A stretch of DNA of 20,000 bases from an uncultured virus (IMG/VR IMGVR_UViG_3300025892_000017) (IMGVR_UViG_3300025892_000017), one strand, 5' to 3'; positions 1-9,762 are shown, counted from the stretch's first letter. Made by a program: numbers and translations. The notes: generated by a model not told the origin, from the sequence alone.

Positions 1-3000
1 GAAGAAAACTACAAGGGGAAGGAATTACAAGCGTTAAGAGAGCTTTTTAAAAAAGAACTTAAAGAATCAAGATTAAGTTACAGCGAAGCCTTATCTACTA
101 TAGAGGTTGGGGAGGGTGATACTCAAGAAGATATAGAGAATAAACTTAAAGCGATATACAATATAGAGGTTAATCAATCTAACAGAACGATGTACCTAAG
201 TAGTACGGCTGCTATGGATTTCGCGGCGGATAGAGTTATGTTCGGGATATTTAGACGAGCGTTTAGAGGCGCTGACTTTAAGCAGAATGCTACTATAAAA
301 ACCTACGCTAAAAACCTCCTTAGAGGATCAACCATAGCGTTACCAGAATCTGCTATACCTACATTTCTTAGCATGCTTAACAGAGAGTATCAAAAGGCTG
401 AATATACTGACTCGGATTTCGATGCGCAACAAGCTTTTGAAGCAGCGTTAGATGTAACGTTAGGTATGGCTCCTCTAGGCCCTATGATGCACACTGGAGG
501 TAGTTCATTGGCTTATACTAAACATCTAGGGAGGTCTAGAATTGGACCAGATGGGACGAATGTTTATCACCGCAAGATAATTGATGAGTTAAATAAAAAG
601 GCTTCAGATCCTGATGTTAACTCTAAAGACAGAGAGAAAGCTATAAAACTTGCAGCGAAGTTTAAGAAAGACGGGGTGTTGATTTTTGAGAAGAACACAG
701 CTCTGTATGATTATATAGGTAAGAAAGATCCAGCTTCGTTAGACGAGATAGCTAATCTTAACTTGCAAGCGGAAGGCCTTCTTAGAAGCTTAAAAGATGT
801 AGAAGACCCTAACGTTAAAATGCTAATGAGGGATGAGCTTGCTAGTATAATAAGCAAGAAGTCCAAAGTAGAAGCAGAGTTTAAAGAAGGCTTTGAAGCT
901 CAGTACGACCACAGCTATGTACGTCAGAAGTTTGAGGATAAAGGGGGGAAGGAAGGAATAGTGGAAGTTAAAGCTGATGACCCTGTAGTTAAAGCTGACG
1001 AACCAGATGCCGATCCATTAGTGAAACCTGATGATAGTGAAGCCCCACCCGTTAAAGAGGCTGAAGAGGGTGATGCAAGGATGGGTGACGATACAGAGGG
1101 TGTTGTAGCGGAAGAAAGGAAGTTAGTAGACATTAAAGGTGGGAGAGTAAGACAGTTCCTTAGAAACACCTTCAGGAGCGATGCGGGTATAGGAGGGAAT
1201 AGAGGTTTAAAGTTTTGGAAAAAAAGATCAGGGGCGAGAGAGAAAGTTGCTGAGACTATTCGTGGGAGAGAAAGAGAGATGAGAGTCATGACTAATCAAT
1301 TAGGTTTAGACCTAAACGTTCTAGACGCTTTATATAAAGATGCTGAGTTTGATATTAACGGGAAGAAAACAGGGAAGAACGAGTACAACAGACGTAAAGA
1401 GGAGTTAAATAAATATATGAATGGGGAGGAGGCTCGTATAGCGTTTTTAAGCGATGCTCAGAAAGCTAAGTTAGATTACCTAAGGGCAAGAGTAGATGGT
1501 TTGTCTGGTGAGATGATAAGGTTACTGGAAGAGAACCCTACACCTAAAAACAAAGCCTTAATAGAGACTATCAGAAACAATCAAGGACAATACCTTAAAA
1601 GAAGTTATGAGGCCTTTACTGATGATGGGACTTGGATAAAAGATTTCAATAAACCACTCAATAAACTCTCTAAAACAAAAAAGAAACTATACGACGATGC
1701 GGTACAGTATGTTATGGATAATTTTGCTGAAGGAGACCGCGTACATATATTAGAGGAAACAGTTCCAGGATCAAAAAAAGCAAAAGCAGAAACAATAGTA
1801 ACTGGATATCTTCAAGATTTATATAGTAAATTAGACAGTAAAAGTTTTATAACTGGAACTGGCTTAATAGGGGCGTTAGACTCTAAGATTCTTAGCGGGC
1901 GGAAAGATATACCTGCCCCCTTTAGAAAACTATTAGGGGAGGTAGAAAACGTAAGTTTTAACTACGTTAACACAGTACACAGGTTGGCTGGATATGTAGC
2001 AGACCTTTCTTTTCAAAAAGTATTAAGGGCAGACCTGCTTGAAGCGGGGTTAGCTATAGAAGGTAAAGGGAGACAAGGTTCTGTAGAGTTTTCTCCAGGA
2101 GCCGCCTTTAGCGGGCTGGATGGATTATATGTAGATCCAACTTTTAAATCTATGTACGATAGTATGATGCCTTTAACTTCAAATCCAAGTAAATTCTGGC
2201 GTACTCTCTCTCAAATTCAAGGTGTGGTAAAGATTGGTAAGACGGTATATTCTCCTACTACAACTTCTAGAAACCTTTTAAGTGGTATTTTCTTAGGGTT
2301 TAACTCAGGGCATTTATTTTCTACTGACCTAGGGAAAGCTTCCGATGCAATGAAATTAGCTTGGGGGGTAAAAGAAGGGATAGATGTAAACTTTATGACA
2401 AGAGAGAGAGATAAGCTTATGAGGTATGGGGTTATCGGAGATGGAGCTAGAGCTGGAGAGGTTATGGGGCTGATGCGTGACTTCACTGACGCAACAGAAG
2501 CACAAAGGATAGCACAGAAATCTGGGGGGAGTAAACTCAGAAAGGCAACCAGAAAGGTTAACGATGCAGCTCAGAGACTATATGCTTTTGGTGACGATTT
2601 TTACAAAGCTACAGGATTTTATACAGAAGCTCAAAGGTTTATGGATAGTGGAATGGATAGAGCTACGGCGGAGAAAAGAGCTGCTGAACGTATTCGCGGG
2701 GGTTACCCAACATATTCTTATATCCCTAGAAATATAAAGTGGTTAAGACGTTTCCCTCTTACGGGTATGTTTGTCTCTTTCCCTTACGAGGTGTACAGAA
2801 CTACAGCTAACAATATGAGGTATGCAGCACAAGATTTTGCGGAGGGAAGGCATAAGATGGGGATGCAAAGGATGGCGGGTATGGCTACAGCTCAAGCTTT
2901 TGGATTCGGGATGTTTAGTGCAACAAAACAGATCTGGGAATACACTGAAGAGGAGCTTGATGCAATAAGGCTTTTAGGTCCAGAGTACCAGAAAAATTCA

Positions 3001-4044
3001 CAACCTATTTTCCTGCCTAGAGGGGATGCTAATGAGATAAAATTCATAGATGCTCAAGCGATACTACCAAATGAGGCTATATGGAAACCTATAAGATCTT
3101 TAATATTACAAGGAGATCCTAAGGATGAGAACTATGTAGACGGTATAGAATCAGCAATATCTGAAATTCTAGCTCCATTTTATGCTAAAGACGCTACAGC
3201 GAAATTAGTGCAGGAATTATTGACTAACAGAAGAGAAGGCAGCGATCAACCTATATACTATTGGGATCAAGATATGAACCCTCTTGAGAATGCTTTAAAT
3301 AACATCCCAGACTTAGGTAGACAGATATTAAAAGGTGTAGGTCCTGGAGCATACAATAACTTAGAGGAGTTTTTCCGAGCTACTGGGATTTCACCTGAGT
3401 TATTTGGGGAGAAGTCTACAGTATATAAAGAGACTAAAATGAATGAGTGGATACTTGGGTTATTTGGTTTCCGTGTAAACACGTTTGATATGAGAGCAGG
3501 AATCCTTCCTAAGATATACGAGGATAGCGAGGATCTTAAAAAATACACTAACTTCAACCTAAGCAATAAAGACATAAGGTTACTATCTGATAAACCTGTA
3601 GAGTATTTAAAGAAGGTAGCTGATCAATATGTAAATAAACAAATAGAGGTAGCGAAAAGGGTTCAAGTTTACCCTAACGTAGCTATGGAGGCGGGGCTTG
3701 AGCAAGAGAAATTAATAACTACGTTAGTAAATAGCGGTCTCTCAAAAAAGAACGCAGGTATACTCGTAGCGAATGCTATAGAAGGTACGAACTTACCTCA
3801 GAACCCGAAGTACATAAGCCTTAGCCGTATAAAAAGTGTATTAACATCTGTAAAAGACGCTCACAGGGGGACCAAAGCAGAGTTAAAAGAAAAAACAGAT
3901 GCGGTTATGGAGGCTATGTTCTTATCTAACGTAATGATTATCCAGAAATGGTCTGAGCAATTTGAGGATTACGATATAAAGAATGACGAAGAGGAAGACA
4001 ATCAATACTTCCGTGGACAATACTTAAACAGAAATAATGAGTGA
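1..4044 (+). CDS. Very large phage structural protein, probably internal virion/DNA-ejection protein; 5'-truncated, at least 1347 aa
   Basis: Frame is open from base 1 through the listed ATG at 190, so the true start lies upstream of the window. The C-terminal half has motifs I recognise from large podovirus internal virion proteins (KTVYSPTTTSRN, LYAFGDDFYK, AAERIRGGYPTYSYIP, RRFPLTGMFVSFPYEVYRT). It lies directly before a holin. Confidence 0.7.
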   Translation, partial: EENYKGKELQALRELFKKELKESRLSYSEALSTIEVGEGDTQEDIENKLKAIYNIEVNQSNRTMYLSSTAAMDFAADRVMFGIFRRAFRGADFKQNATIKTYAKNLLRGSTIALPESAIPTFLSMLNREYQKAEYTDSDFDAQQAFEAALDVTLGMAPLGPMMHTGGSSLAYTKHLGRSRIGPDGTNVYHRKIIDELNKKASDPDVNSKDREKAIKLAAKFKKDGVLIFEKNTALYDYIGKKDPASLDEIANLNLQAEGLLRSLKDVEDPNVKMLMRDELASIISKKSKVEAEFKEGFEAQYDHSYVRQKFEDKGGKEGIVEVKADDPVVKADEPDADPLVKPDDSEAPPVKEAEEGDARMGDDTEGVVAEERKLVDIKGGRVRQFLRNTFRSDAGIGGNRGLKFWKKRSGAREKVAETIRGREREMRVMTNQLGLDLNVLDALYKDAEFDINGKKTGKNEYNRRKEELNKYMNGEEARIAFLSDAQKAKLDYLRARVDGLSGEMIRLLEENPTPKNKALIETIRNNQGQYLKRSYEAFTDDGTWIKDFNKPLNKLSKTKKKLYDDAVQYVMDNFAEGDRVHILEETVPGSKKAKAETIVTGYLQDLYSKLDSKSFITGTGLIGALDSKILSGRKDIPAPFRKLLGEVENVSFNYVNTVHRLAGYVADLSFQKVLRADLLEAGLAIEGKGRQGSVEFSPGAAFSGLDGLYVDPTFKSMYDSMMPLTSNPSKFWRTLSQIQGVVKIGKTVYSPTTTSRNLLSGIFLGFNSGHLFSTDLGKASDAMKLAWGVKEGIDVNFMTRERDKLMRYGVIGDGARAGEVMGLMRDFTDATEAQRIAQKSGGSKLRKATRKVNDAAQRLYAFGDDFYKATGFYTEAQRFMDSGMDRATAEKRAAERIRGGYPTYSYIPRNIKWLRRFPLTGMFVSFPYEVYRTTANNMRYAAQDFAEGRHKMGMQRMAGMATAQAFGFGMFSATKQIWEYTEEELDAIRLLGPEYQKNSQPIFLPRGDANEIKFIDAQAILPNEAIWKPIRSLILQGDPKDENYVDGIESAISEILAPFYAKDATAKLVQELLTNRREGSDQPIYYWDQDMNPLENALNNIPDLGRQILKGVGPGAYNNLEEFFRATGISPELFGEKSTVYKETKMNEWILGLFGFRVNTFDMRAGILPKIYEDSEDLKKYTNFNLSNKDIRLLSDKPVEYLKKVADQYVNKQIEVAKRVQVYPNVAMEAGLEQEKLITTLVNSGLSKKNAGILVANAIEGTNLPQNPKYISLSRIKSVLTSVKDAHRGTKAELKEKTDAVMEAMFLSNVMIIQKWSEQFEDYDIKNDEEEDNQYFRGQYLNRNNE

Positions 4045-4477
4045 TAAAAAGAAAATAAAATACACTAAGCTAGGTGCTTGGTTAGCAAATAAAGCACCAC
4101 AAGTGCTGGGTGTAGTAGGAGACCTTCTACCAGATAGCGGGGCGCTAGGCGTGGTTAAAAACCTTATAGACAAAGATGATAGTGTTGACTCCGAGGAGGC
4201 TCAGCGTATGATCGATGCAGAGGTACGCTTCCAAGAGAACGTTACAGAACGTTGGAAAGCAGACATGGGCAGTGATGTAAAGCTTGCAAAGCTAATACGA
4301 CCACTTACCCTTATCGCTCTGATGACTATGTTTATGTTTACAATGGTAGCTGACTCTATGGATGGGTGGCCTTTTAATGTAAAGGACTCTTATGTAGATC
4401 TACTACAGATCCTTATGATGACCGCCTTTGGAGCTTACTTCGCAGGTAGAACCATAGAAAAAGCTAAAAAGCCTTAA
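4037..4477 (+). CDS. Holin, 3TM/GTA-holin-like
   Basis: 146 aa; RWKADMGSD..LAKLIRP motif followed by two hydrophobic helices and a GAYFAGRTIEK basic tail; located at the end of the late operon. Confidence 0.75.
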   Translation: MSDKKKIKYTKLGAWLANKAPQVLGVVGDLLPDSGALGVVKNLIDKDDSVDSEEAQRMIDAEVRFQENVTERWKADMGSDVKLAKLIRPLTLIALMTMFMFTMVADSMDGWPFNVKDSYVDLLQILMMTAFGAYFAGRTIEKAKKP

Positions 4478-5036
4478 CTTCTTTACTGTACACCCCGTTA
4501 AACATGGTGTTAATTTTCTTTTGGATTAACTCCTCAGTACCTGGTTTTGTTCGAGTGTTTATAACGCTGTAAATACCACGGTTTTTTATATTCCAACCTT
4601 CTGTTGCCTTAAGAACCCTTTTTCCTTCTGTCTGCAACCAATTCTTCTCTATATTGAGGGTGGCTATATCCTTCTTTAGCATCCTTATGGTTTCCTTCAG
4701 GAAGGTAACTTCCTCTGTATCAACTTCAATCCCTTTGATTCGATTCTTAGCAATTACATATAGCTTTAAGCAATCATCATATCTTTCACGGAAAGACGAA
4801 TCCGAGTCCAGAAGGCCTTTAAAAGTTCTTATGTAATGAAGAACCGTAGCGTGATCCTTCTTTAAGAAATCACCTATACTGGTGCTTGTATTGCTTTCAT
4901 CCCTTAATATAAAACAAAAGACTCGTCTTGCATCAACGTTTTCTCTTGAGCGTTTTCGGCTTAAGATTTCAGCTTTAAAAGCCTTATTTACAATTCTACC
5001 TAATGCTTCCGCATACTCTAATTTTAGTTCACTCAT
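4464..5036 (-). CDS. DNA-binding protein with DnaA C-terminal (domain IV)-like HTH plus coiled coil
   Basis: Motif SRKRSRENVDARRVFCFILR...SIGDFLKKDHATVLHY parallels the DnaA domain IV signature (R...AR...IG..F..RDHTTV.H). No AAA+ domain, so not a full DnaA. Confidence 0.7.
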   Translation of the reverse strand: MSELKLEYAEALGRIVNKAFKAEILSRKRSRENVDARRVFCFILRDESNTSTSIGDFLKKDHATVLHYIRTFKGLLDSDSSFRERYDDCLKLYVIAKNRIKGIEVDTEEVTFLKETIRMLKKDIATLNIEKNWLQTEGKRVLKATEGWNIKNRGIYSVINTRTKPGTEELIQKKINTMFNGVYSKEVKAF

Positions 5037-5560
5037 TATATTAAATTTATATTACCCTCTGGAGATATATACTCCTTTGAGTAAGGGATTACACTATAAC
5101 TATTTAATTCTTTAAGATCCTTTATTATTAGCTTAGTTATCTTATCTAAGCGGCCACTCCGTTGGTATATCTTACGATAGGCCTTTTTCTTATTGGTTAC
5201 CTGTTCAGGGGAAACGTTTTTATAGCACCAAGCTAACAACTCCTCCCTCTCTACTCTAATAAATCCTCCTACCTCACACATCTCAAAAGCAATCCATTTA
5301 GCACTCCCTTTCGTCCACCCAGGTTTACCTTGTACGTTGGCAAATTCTACCCAAATTTCGTCAGGCAGGTTATTTCCTTTTACATCTACCCCGTCTTCTC
5401 CGTGCCAGAAATCTACATGAAGGTTTATGTCTTCGTACTTTGTAGATACATGAGCATCAGGTAAAGCCCTTTTATATCTTGTGGCACTGATATTCCCATC
5501 TCTCCAAGACTGTTTATATCTTGACTTACTTACAACTTTAGAATGGTATGTCGTCTTCAT
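5036..5560 (-). CDS. Putative PD-(D/E)XK restriction-endonuclease-fold protein
   Basis: HVDFW...GVDVKG catalytic-like motif followed by IWVEFANVQGKPGW; 174 aa. Confidence 0.55.
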   Translation of the reverse strand: MKTTYHSKVVSKSRYKQSWRDGNISATRYKRALPDAHVSTKYEDINLHVDFWHGEDGVDVKGNNLPDEIWVEFANVQGKPGWTKGSAKWIAFEMCEVGGFIRVEREELLAWCYKNVSPEQVTNKKKAYRKIYQRSGRLDKITKLIIKDLKELNSYSVIPYSKEYISPEGNINLI

Positions 5561-5768
5561 CTTTTTCGTATTCTTTACATATCTCTCTCACTAGGTCTAT
5601 TTCTATATTCACCCAGTCTCGAAAGGATTTAATTTGAATTAATACATCTTCTAATTCCGTTAAGGCCTCCCCGTCATCTTCATGTAGGGACTCATACAAC
5701 ATATCCGCAGCAGTGTGAATCCTTTCACAAGCTTTGAAGTATGTTTCGCTTACATCACTATTGTTCAT
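5538..5768 (-). CDS. Small acidic hypothetical protein ending in an SSB-like tail (EDDIPF)
   Basis: 76-aa ORF tightly packed between its neighbours; C-terminus EKDEDDIPF. Confidence 0.6.
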   Translation of the reverse strand: MNNSDVSETYFKACERIHTAADMLYESLHEDDGEALTELEDVLIQIKSFRDWVNIEIDLVREICKEYEKDEDDIPF

Positions 5769-6207
5769 TTTTCATGGATTTTTTTATCTCTAAGACACAT
5801 TGATCTACTTGTCTCTTATTTTTAGCCAAATATACGTCATAACCTAGCTTATTATCCATAATATGCTTTAAAAATATCTTCCACCTCATAGGAAAATCAT
5901 GATGAGAAGGTAAATACCCTTTTGTTTCTATGATCCACTTAGAATCCTTACCTACAAAATCAGGTGTATACCTAATAGGCTGTTGAATAGAATTACTTCT
6001 ATCAATCATATCCTTTTTCTTTGCAGTCATTTTAAAATACTTATGTTCAAATCTAAAGGAATCCATTAGAACAAACTTGTCTTCTTCATAAGTGAAAGCT
6101 ATCCCAGATTCACGTAACTTATCTGAACAATACTTCTCTAGAGAGCTCTTAAACTTTCCTAGAGATTTTTTTTTAGATTTAAGTTTCTTTTTTAGTTTCT
6201 TTTGCAT
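5758..6207 (-). CDS. T7 endonuclease I-like Holliday junction resolvase
   Basis: FKSSLE...FTYEE...YTPDF...IIETKG motifs typical of the phage endonuclease I family. Confidence 0.8.
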   Translation of the reverse strand: MQKKLKKKLKSKKKSLGKFKSSLEKYCSDKLRESGIAFTYEEDKFVLMDSFRFEHKYFKMTAKKKDMIDRSNSIQQPIRYTPDFVGKDSKWIIETKGYLPSHHDFPMRWKIFLKHIMDNKLGYDVYLAKNKRQVDQCVLEIKKSMKNEQ

Positions 6208-6211
6208 ATAG

Positions 6212-6244
6212 CAAAGTTACACCCCAAGTATCTACCCTTCCAAA
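6212..6244 (-). promoter_or_regulatory. Bacteroidota sigma-A-type promoter: -33 TTTG, 21-nt spacer, -7 TAACTTTG
   Basis: Minus strand TTTG at 6244-6241 and TAACTTTG at 6219-6212 fit the TTTG-N19-21-TAnnTTTG consensus. The ATG at 6207 follows 4 nt later. Confidence 0.6.
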
Positions 6245-6245
6245 T

Positions 6246-8051
6246 TTATTTAGATAAAAAATTAGAGAAAGGTAAGGCCTTTTGCTTATCTGCTTGAAGA
6301 TCAATAGATTTAAATAAAGGCTTTTTATCTAACCAAGAGATAAAACCTGTATGAGAGAGGTTCATAAGGATCTTATAAGGCTCATCTATAGGGGTTGGTT
6401 CACCCCCAGTCTCTACTTCTCGTACTTTTCTAACGTGTAACTCACTGAGTTTGCGTATGTTATAGTCGGTTGATTGAACCTTTCGATGAAGTGTGAGGAA
6501 ACAGTCAGCTCTATTCACGAACTTTCCTCCCCCCTCTGTATCCTCAGCATACGGGGCAACTGGCAATCCGTCTGGTCCTTTGCGTCTCTGAGCCTCAGTA
6601 AAGGCATGCATGTTTAACCACACAGCTACGTCGTGAGACTTTGAGAACGTAAGGAACTGACTAGCAGCCTCATAATGGTAGTCATGTACACCAATGTTTG
6701 AATTAGTCATATCTAACCTTAGTGAGTTATAGGGATCTACGAAGATAGCGTCTACAGGTTGCTGCCTCATAACCTTTTCCATAAAGAGAATTATATCTGA
6801 GTAGCTATATACCTGATTATTGTTTATGATAGTGAAGTGTTCTTGCACCCACTTGTAAGAAGCTCTACGTTGAGCGTAATTCATATCTTGCACCTTCTTA
6901 TCCGTAGCAAACTGCATGAGATGCATCTTAACGGAGGCTGTACGATTCTCCGAGGAGTATATCACCCACTTCCATTTATGACGCATGACGGAGTTGGCTA
7001 TAAGATATAGAGCCGTGGTAGTCTTACCTACATTACTATGACCGTTTATAATAACAAACTCCTTCTTATATCTAAAGAACTTATCTAAGTTAGCGTCTCC
7101 AGTATCTAAGCCTATAGCTATCTTACCTTGAGAGTAGTCGTCTATCCATCTAAAGTCTTCATCATCTGAAGATATGAATGACATATCCCCATCGTTAATA
7201 AGCAGCTCTCTCTGCGCTGACTTCTCACTGTTTATCACCTCCTTAATAGGTAAGGCCTTCCCTTTCTCTACCCCCGCGATGATCGTTTGCTTAGCATGGT
7301 CTTCAGAATCTATCTCCCTCTTCTCTATCTCTCTAAAAAGGATTCTAAACACCTCCTCCTCCTCCATCCTCCCAGCAGCAATATACCCACCGCAAAGCAT
7401 AGCAGCTTTATTCAGTGTCACCCACTTCTCACCATCCTTAGCATTCCGTATCATACGGGCAGCTAGGTTAAGCTTCATGTAGTCCGTGTAAGAATAAGAT
7501 GCGTTAACTGGGGTTTGAGCCTCAGCATGTTCCGTGGTAAATGCCCCGAACTTCTTGTACTCATCCTTGATTATTATGTCAGGATCCCAAGACTCAAAAC
7601 AGGCCCTAGATTCATTTATACCTGACTCGTCAACCTCCAGTCCGTATTGACGGTTAAAGTACGTTATAAGGGCTCTAAAGTGGTCTCTGTGGCGTTCTGG
7701 GTTGGTTAGCCTAACAAGCGCTTTAATCCCATCACCACTTGGCGATACCCAACATGAATAAATAAAATCATCCGTAGCAAGGGCTGTCTTGGTCGTCTTA
7801 ACATCAACGTGATCAAAGTCCAGAATAATAAATTCTGAATGTTCGAATAAACCCTCATCAGTTCTAGACGAAAACTCCCCGCTAAAACAAATAACAGGGA
7901 GCTTAATCTTCTTTTCTTTATTTCCTTTCCTGACCTCACGTATCAGTTTCTTGCTGTGACCTTGTTGTATACGCAACAGCGCGGTTTCCAGATGTATGTG
8001 ATGTGGCTCCTTTATGAGCTTTATGTCTTGAAATATTGTTACTTTCTTCAT
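6246..8051 (-). CDS. Primase-helicase: VirE-N/BT4734-like N-terminal domain fused to a DnaB-like SF4 helicase
   Basis: N-terminal KLPVICFSG..ILDFDHV..WVSPSGDGIKALV..D.SG.N.SRACFESWDP (BT4734/VirE-N-like). C-terminal Walker A GHSNVGKT, Walker B-like IFVDPYN, and NRADCFLTLHR. Start taken as MKKVTIF at 8051; 8060 is possible. Confidence 0.85.
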   Translation of the reverse strand: MKKVTIFQDIKLIKEPHHIHLETALLRIQQGHSKKLIREVRKGNKEKKIKLPVICFSGEFSSRTDEGLFEHSEFIILDFDHVDVKTTKTALATDDFIYSCWVSPSGDGIKALVRLTNPERHRDHFRALITYFNRQYGLEVDESGINESRACFESWDPDIIIKDEYKKFGAFTTEHAEAQTPVNASYSYTDYMKLNLAARMIRNAKDGEKWVTLNKAAMLCGGYIAAGRMEEEEVFRILFREIEKREIDSEDHAKQTIIAGVEKGKALPIKEVINSEKSAQRELLINDGDMSFISSDDEDFRWIDDYSQGKIAIGLDTGDANLDKFFRYKKEFVIINGHSNVGKTTTALYLIANSVMRHKWKWVIYSSENRTASVKMHLMQFATDKKVQDMNYAQRRASYKWVQEHFTIINNNQVYSYSDIILFMEKVMRQQPVDAIFVDPYNSLRLDMTNSNIGVHDYHYEAASQFLTFSKSHDVAVWLNMHAFTEAQRRKGPDGLPVAPYAEDTEGGGKFVNRADCFLTLHRKVQSTDYNIRKLSELHVRKVREVETGGEPTPIDEPYKILMNLSHTGFISWLDKKPLFKSIDLQADKQKALPFSNFLSK

Positions 8052-8301
8052 CTTTCGCAATCATTAGCAGAATTATATACCCTGCTATATCTATTAGTGT
8101 ATCCTCTGTGTCTTCTACTACTCCCGCATTAGCTATGCGTTTCAGTTTGTCATCTAAACGCACCTTGATAGAAGTTGATGCGTTACACGATGAGAAAATA
8201 TGCAATGGATCCAAAGCGGAATCCCCATATTTATTATTTTTATCAATAAGCAAAGCCTCTAGCTCTTTGCATTTCATTTTTATTTTATCCTTGGTGCTCA
8301 T
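7936..8301 (-). CDS. DUF1599 / nucleotide-modification-associated domain 1-like protein
   Basis: KNNKYGDSA...IKVRLDDKLKRI...EDTLIDIAGYIILL motif. The tail overlaps the primase gene in another frame. Confidence 0.75.
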   Translation of the reverse strand: MSTKDKIKMKCKELEALLIDKNNKYGDSALDPLHIFSSCNASTSIKVRLDDKLKRIANAGVVEDTEDTLIDIAGYIILLMIAKDEESNNISRHKAHKGATSHTSGNRAVAYTTRSQQETDT

Positions 8302-8563
8302 CTATAGTTAGGTTTGAATAATTTATAAGCTTCTTACTTGTTATCCCCCTTATTATTATCTCCTTATTCTTATCCTTGCTTTTCTTACCATACACCTCGT
8401 TAATTAACCTACTCATGGTTCTTTTATCGTGCTTCATGATATCGAAAGGCTTATCATATATAGAGACTATCCACGATGAACGCTCAGATACAGACTTATT
8501 TTTCTTATAAGCGATCCGAGCGTTCATGTAGTAGATAGGGGGCTTGCTAGAACGGCAAGTCAC
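8285..8563 (-). CDS. Hypothetical basic protein
   Basis: 92-aa ORF in operon context; start could be a downstream ATG. Confidence 0.5.
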   Translation of the reverse strand: MTCRSSKPPIYYMNARIAYKKNKSVSERSSWIVSIYDKPFDIMKHDKRTMSRLINEVYGKKSKDKNKEIIIRGITSKKLINYSNLTIDEHQG

Positions 8564-8858
8564 TCGCTACAGCTTCAGCAGCTTCAGAAGCAGCTTGCTT
8601 TGCAGCGCGTCTCTCCTTAGCAGCTTCGCTATTCGGATCAAACACCGAACAACAAGCCTTTCCACTCTTAGACATAAAGAGCTTGAAGTAGACGTTACCG
8701 CCTTCTCCCGCATCATTACGCCTAGTAGCGTACTTATCAATCATCTCTTTCAGCTCGGTATCCTTAATACGGACACTCCAACTAGAAAGGTTTTCCTCGA
8801 AATAACGAGGCTCTTCTGCGTACCCTACGAGTACTGAATCATATTTTACATCACTCAT
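8547..8858 (-). CDS. Putative single-stranded DNA-binding protein
   Basis: Beta-rich N-terminus, Ala-rich linker, C-terminal SDLPF tail; sits beside the exonuclease and annealing-protein genes. Confidence 0.55.
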   Translation of the reverse strand: MSDVKYDSVLVGYAEEPRYFEENLSSWSVRIKDTELKEMIDKYATRRNDAGEGGNVYFKLFMSKSGKACCSVFDPNSEAAKERRAAKQAASEAAEAVASDLPF

Positions 8859-8979
8859 GATAATAAAAATTTAAAGGTTAGAAAAAAAAGTATAATATAA
8901 ACCTGCAACAAAACTGAATATCGCCATTGCATAAAATAATATATGGCTAAATATTTCGATTATTTTACAGAACACCTAC

Positions 8980-9762
8980 TTAAACAGTAAAAGACGCATA
9001 GCAATTAAGCTCTGGCTGCTTCTTGTCTAAGTAAGCCTTTATATTCTCCAGGGCTTGATGAAATTTCATCTCCCCCTTGAACAGGGTTTCCTCCGAGCAT
9101 TTTATCTCTGCGGGGTAATAAGGGAACGTCTTTTCTTGGACGACCCAGTAATAGTCTTTTATATTAAAGACTTTCGTATATATATATGCTTGTATGTCGT
9201 AGCTAAAACTATTAACATCATAGCGGAACTTCTCTACACTTCTTGAACTCTTGCTGTCTGTGATATACCCATCACCTAAGCAATCTAAGAATCCTCTTAA
9301 CGGTACACCATCGATATCTTCATTGAACTCGACTTGATACTTACCCGTGAGTCTCTTCTGAAGCAAACCACATGTGGCTAATCTCTCAACCATATCGTTA
9401 GCTTTCTTCCAATCCTCACTATTAGTCAGCGTCTGTCCTTTAGCTTTGTATTCCTCTTCCATAGTAGCCTTAACCTCCTTGTAGTCTTTAGTTAACTTAG
9501 GGTTCTTTGCTTCTAAAGTTTTACTCTGGCAACGATCTAATATATCACCCTCGTTAAGGATAACATATTCACTCATCGCTTTATCACGCTCAAATAAGAG
9601 CATGTCGTACATAGTACCGAATATTAAAGCATCGGAAGTGTAAGGCGCTTCACCTTTCATCTTCATCTCCCATAACTGCATGTCTCCAAGAGCATACTTT
9701 ATAGAAGAATAAGAGAGGTGGCCTTTACCTGTAGCGGCTGTTAACTTTTCCCTTAAAGTCAT
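8980..9762 (-). CDS. PD-(D/E)XK exonuclease, RecE/exonuclease VIII-like (DUF3799-type)
   Basis: HLSYSSIK, ALIFGTMYD, LRGFLD..ITDSKS, YDIQAYIY motifs. Confidence 0.8.
   Translation of the reverse strand: MTLREKLTAATGKGHLSYSSIKYALGDMQLWEMKMKGEAPYTSDALIFGTMYDMLLFERDKAMSEYVILNEGDILDRCQSKTLEAKNPKLTKDYKEVKATMEEEYKAKGQTLTNSEDWKKANDMVERLATCGLLQKRLTGKYQVEFNEDIDGVPLRGFLDCLGDGYITDSKSSRSVEKFRYDVNSFSYDIQAYIYTKVFNIKDYYWVVQEKTFPYYPAEIKCSEETLFKGEMKFHQALENIKAYLDKKQPELNCYASFTV

Noticed and set aside
924..3575. Antisense ORFs 924..1289, 2217..2486 and 3267..3575
   Set aside because: Shadow frames opposite the large virion gene, with Ser/Leu-rich composition.
4464..5036. Gene symbol dnaA
   Set aside because: Only the C-terminal HTH-like part is present; no Walker motifs.
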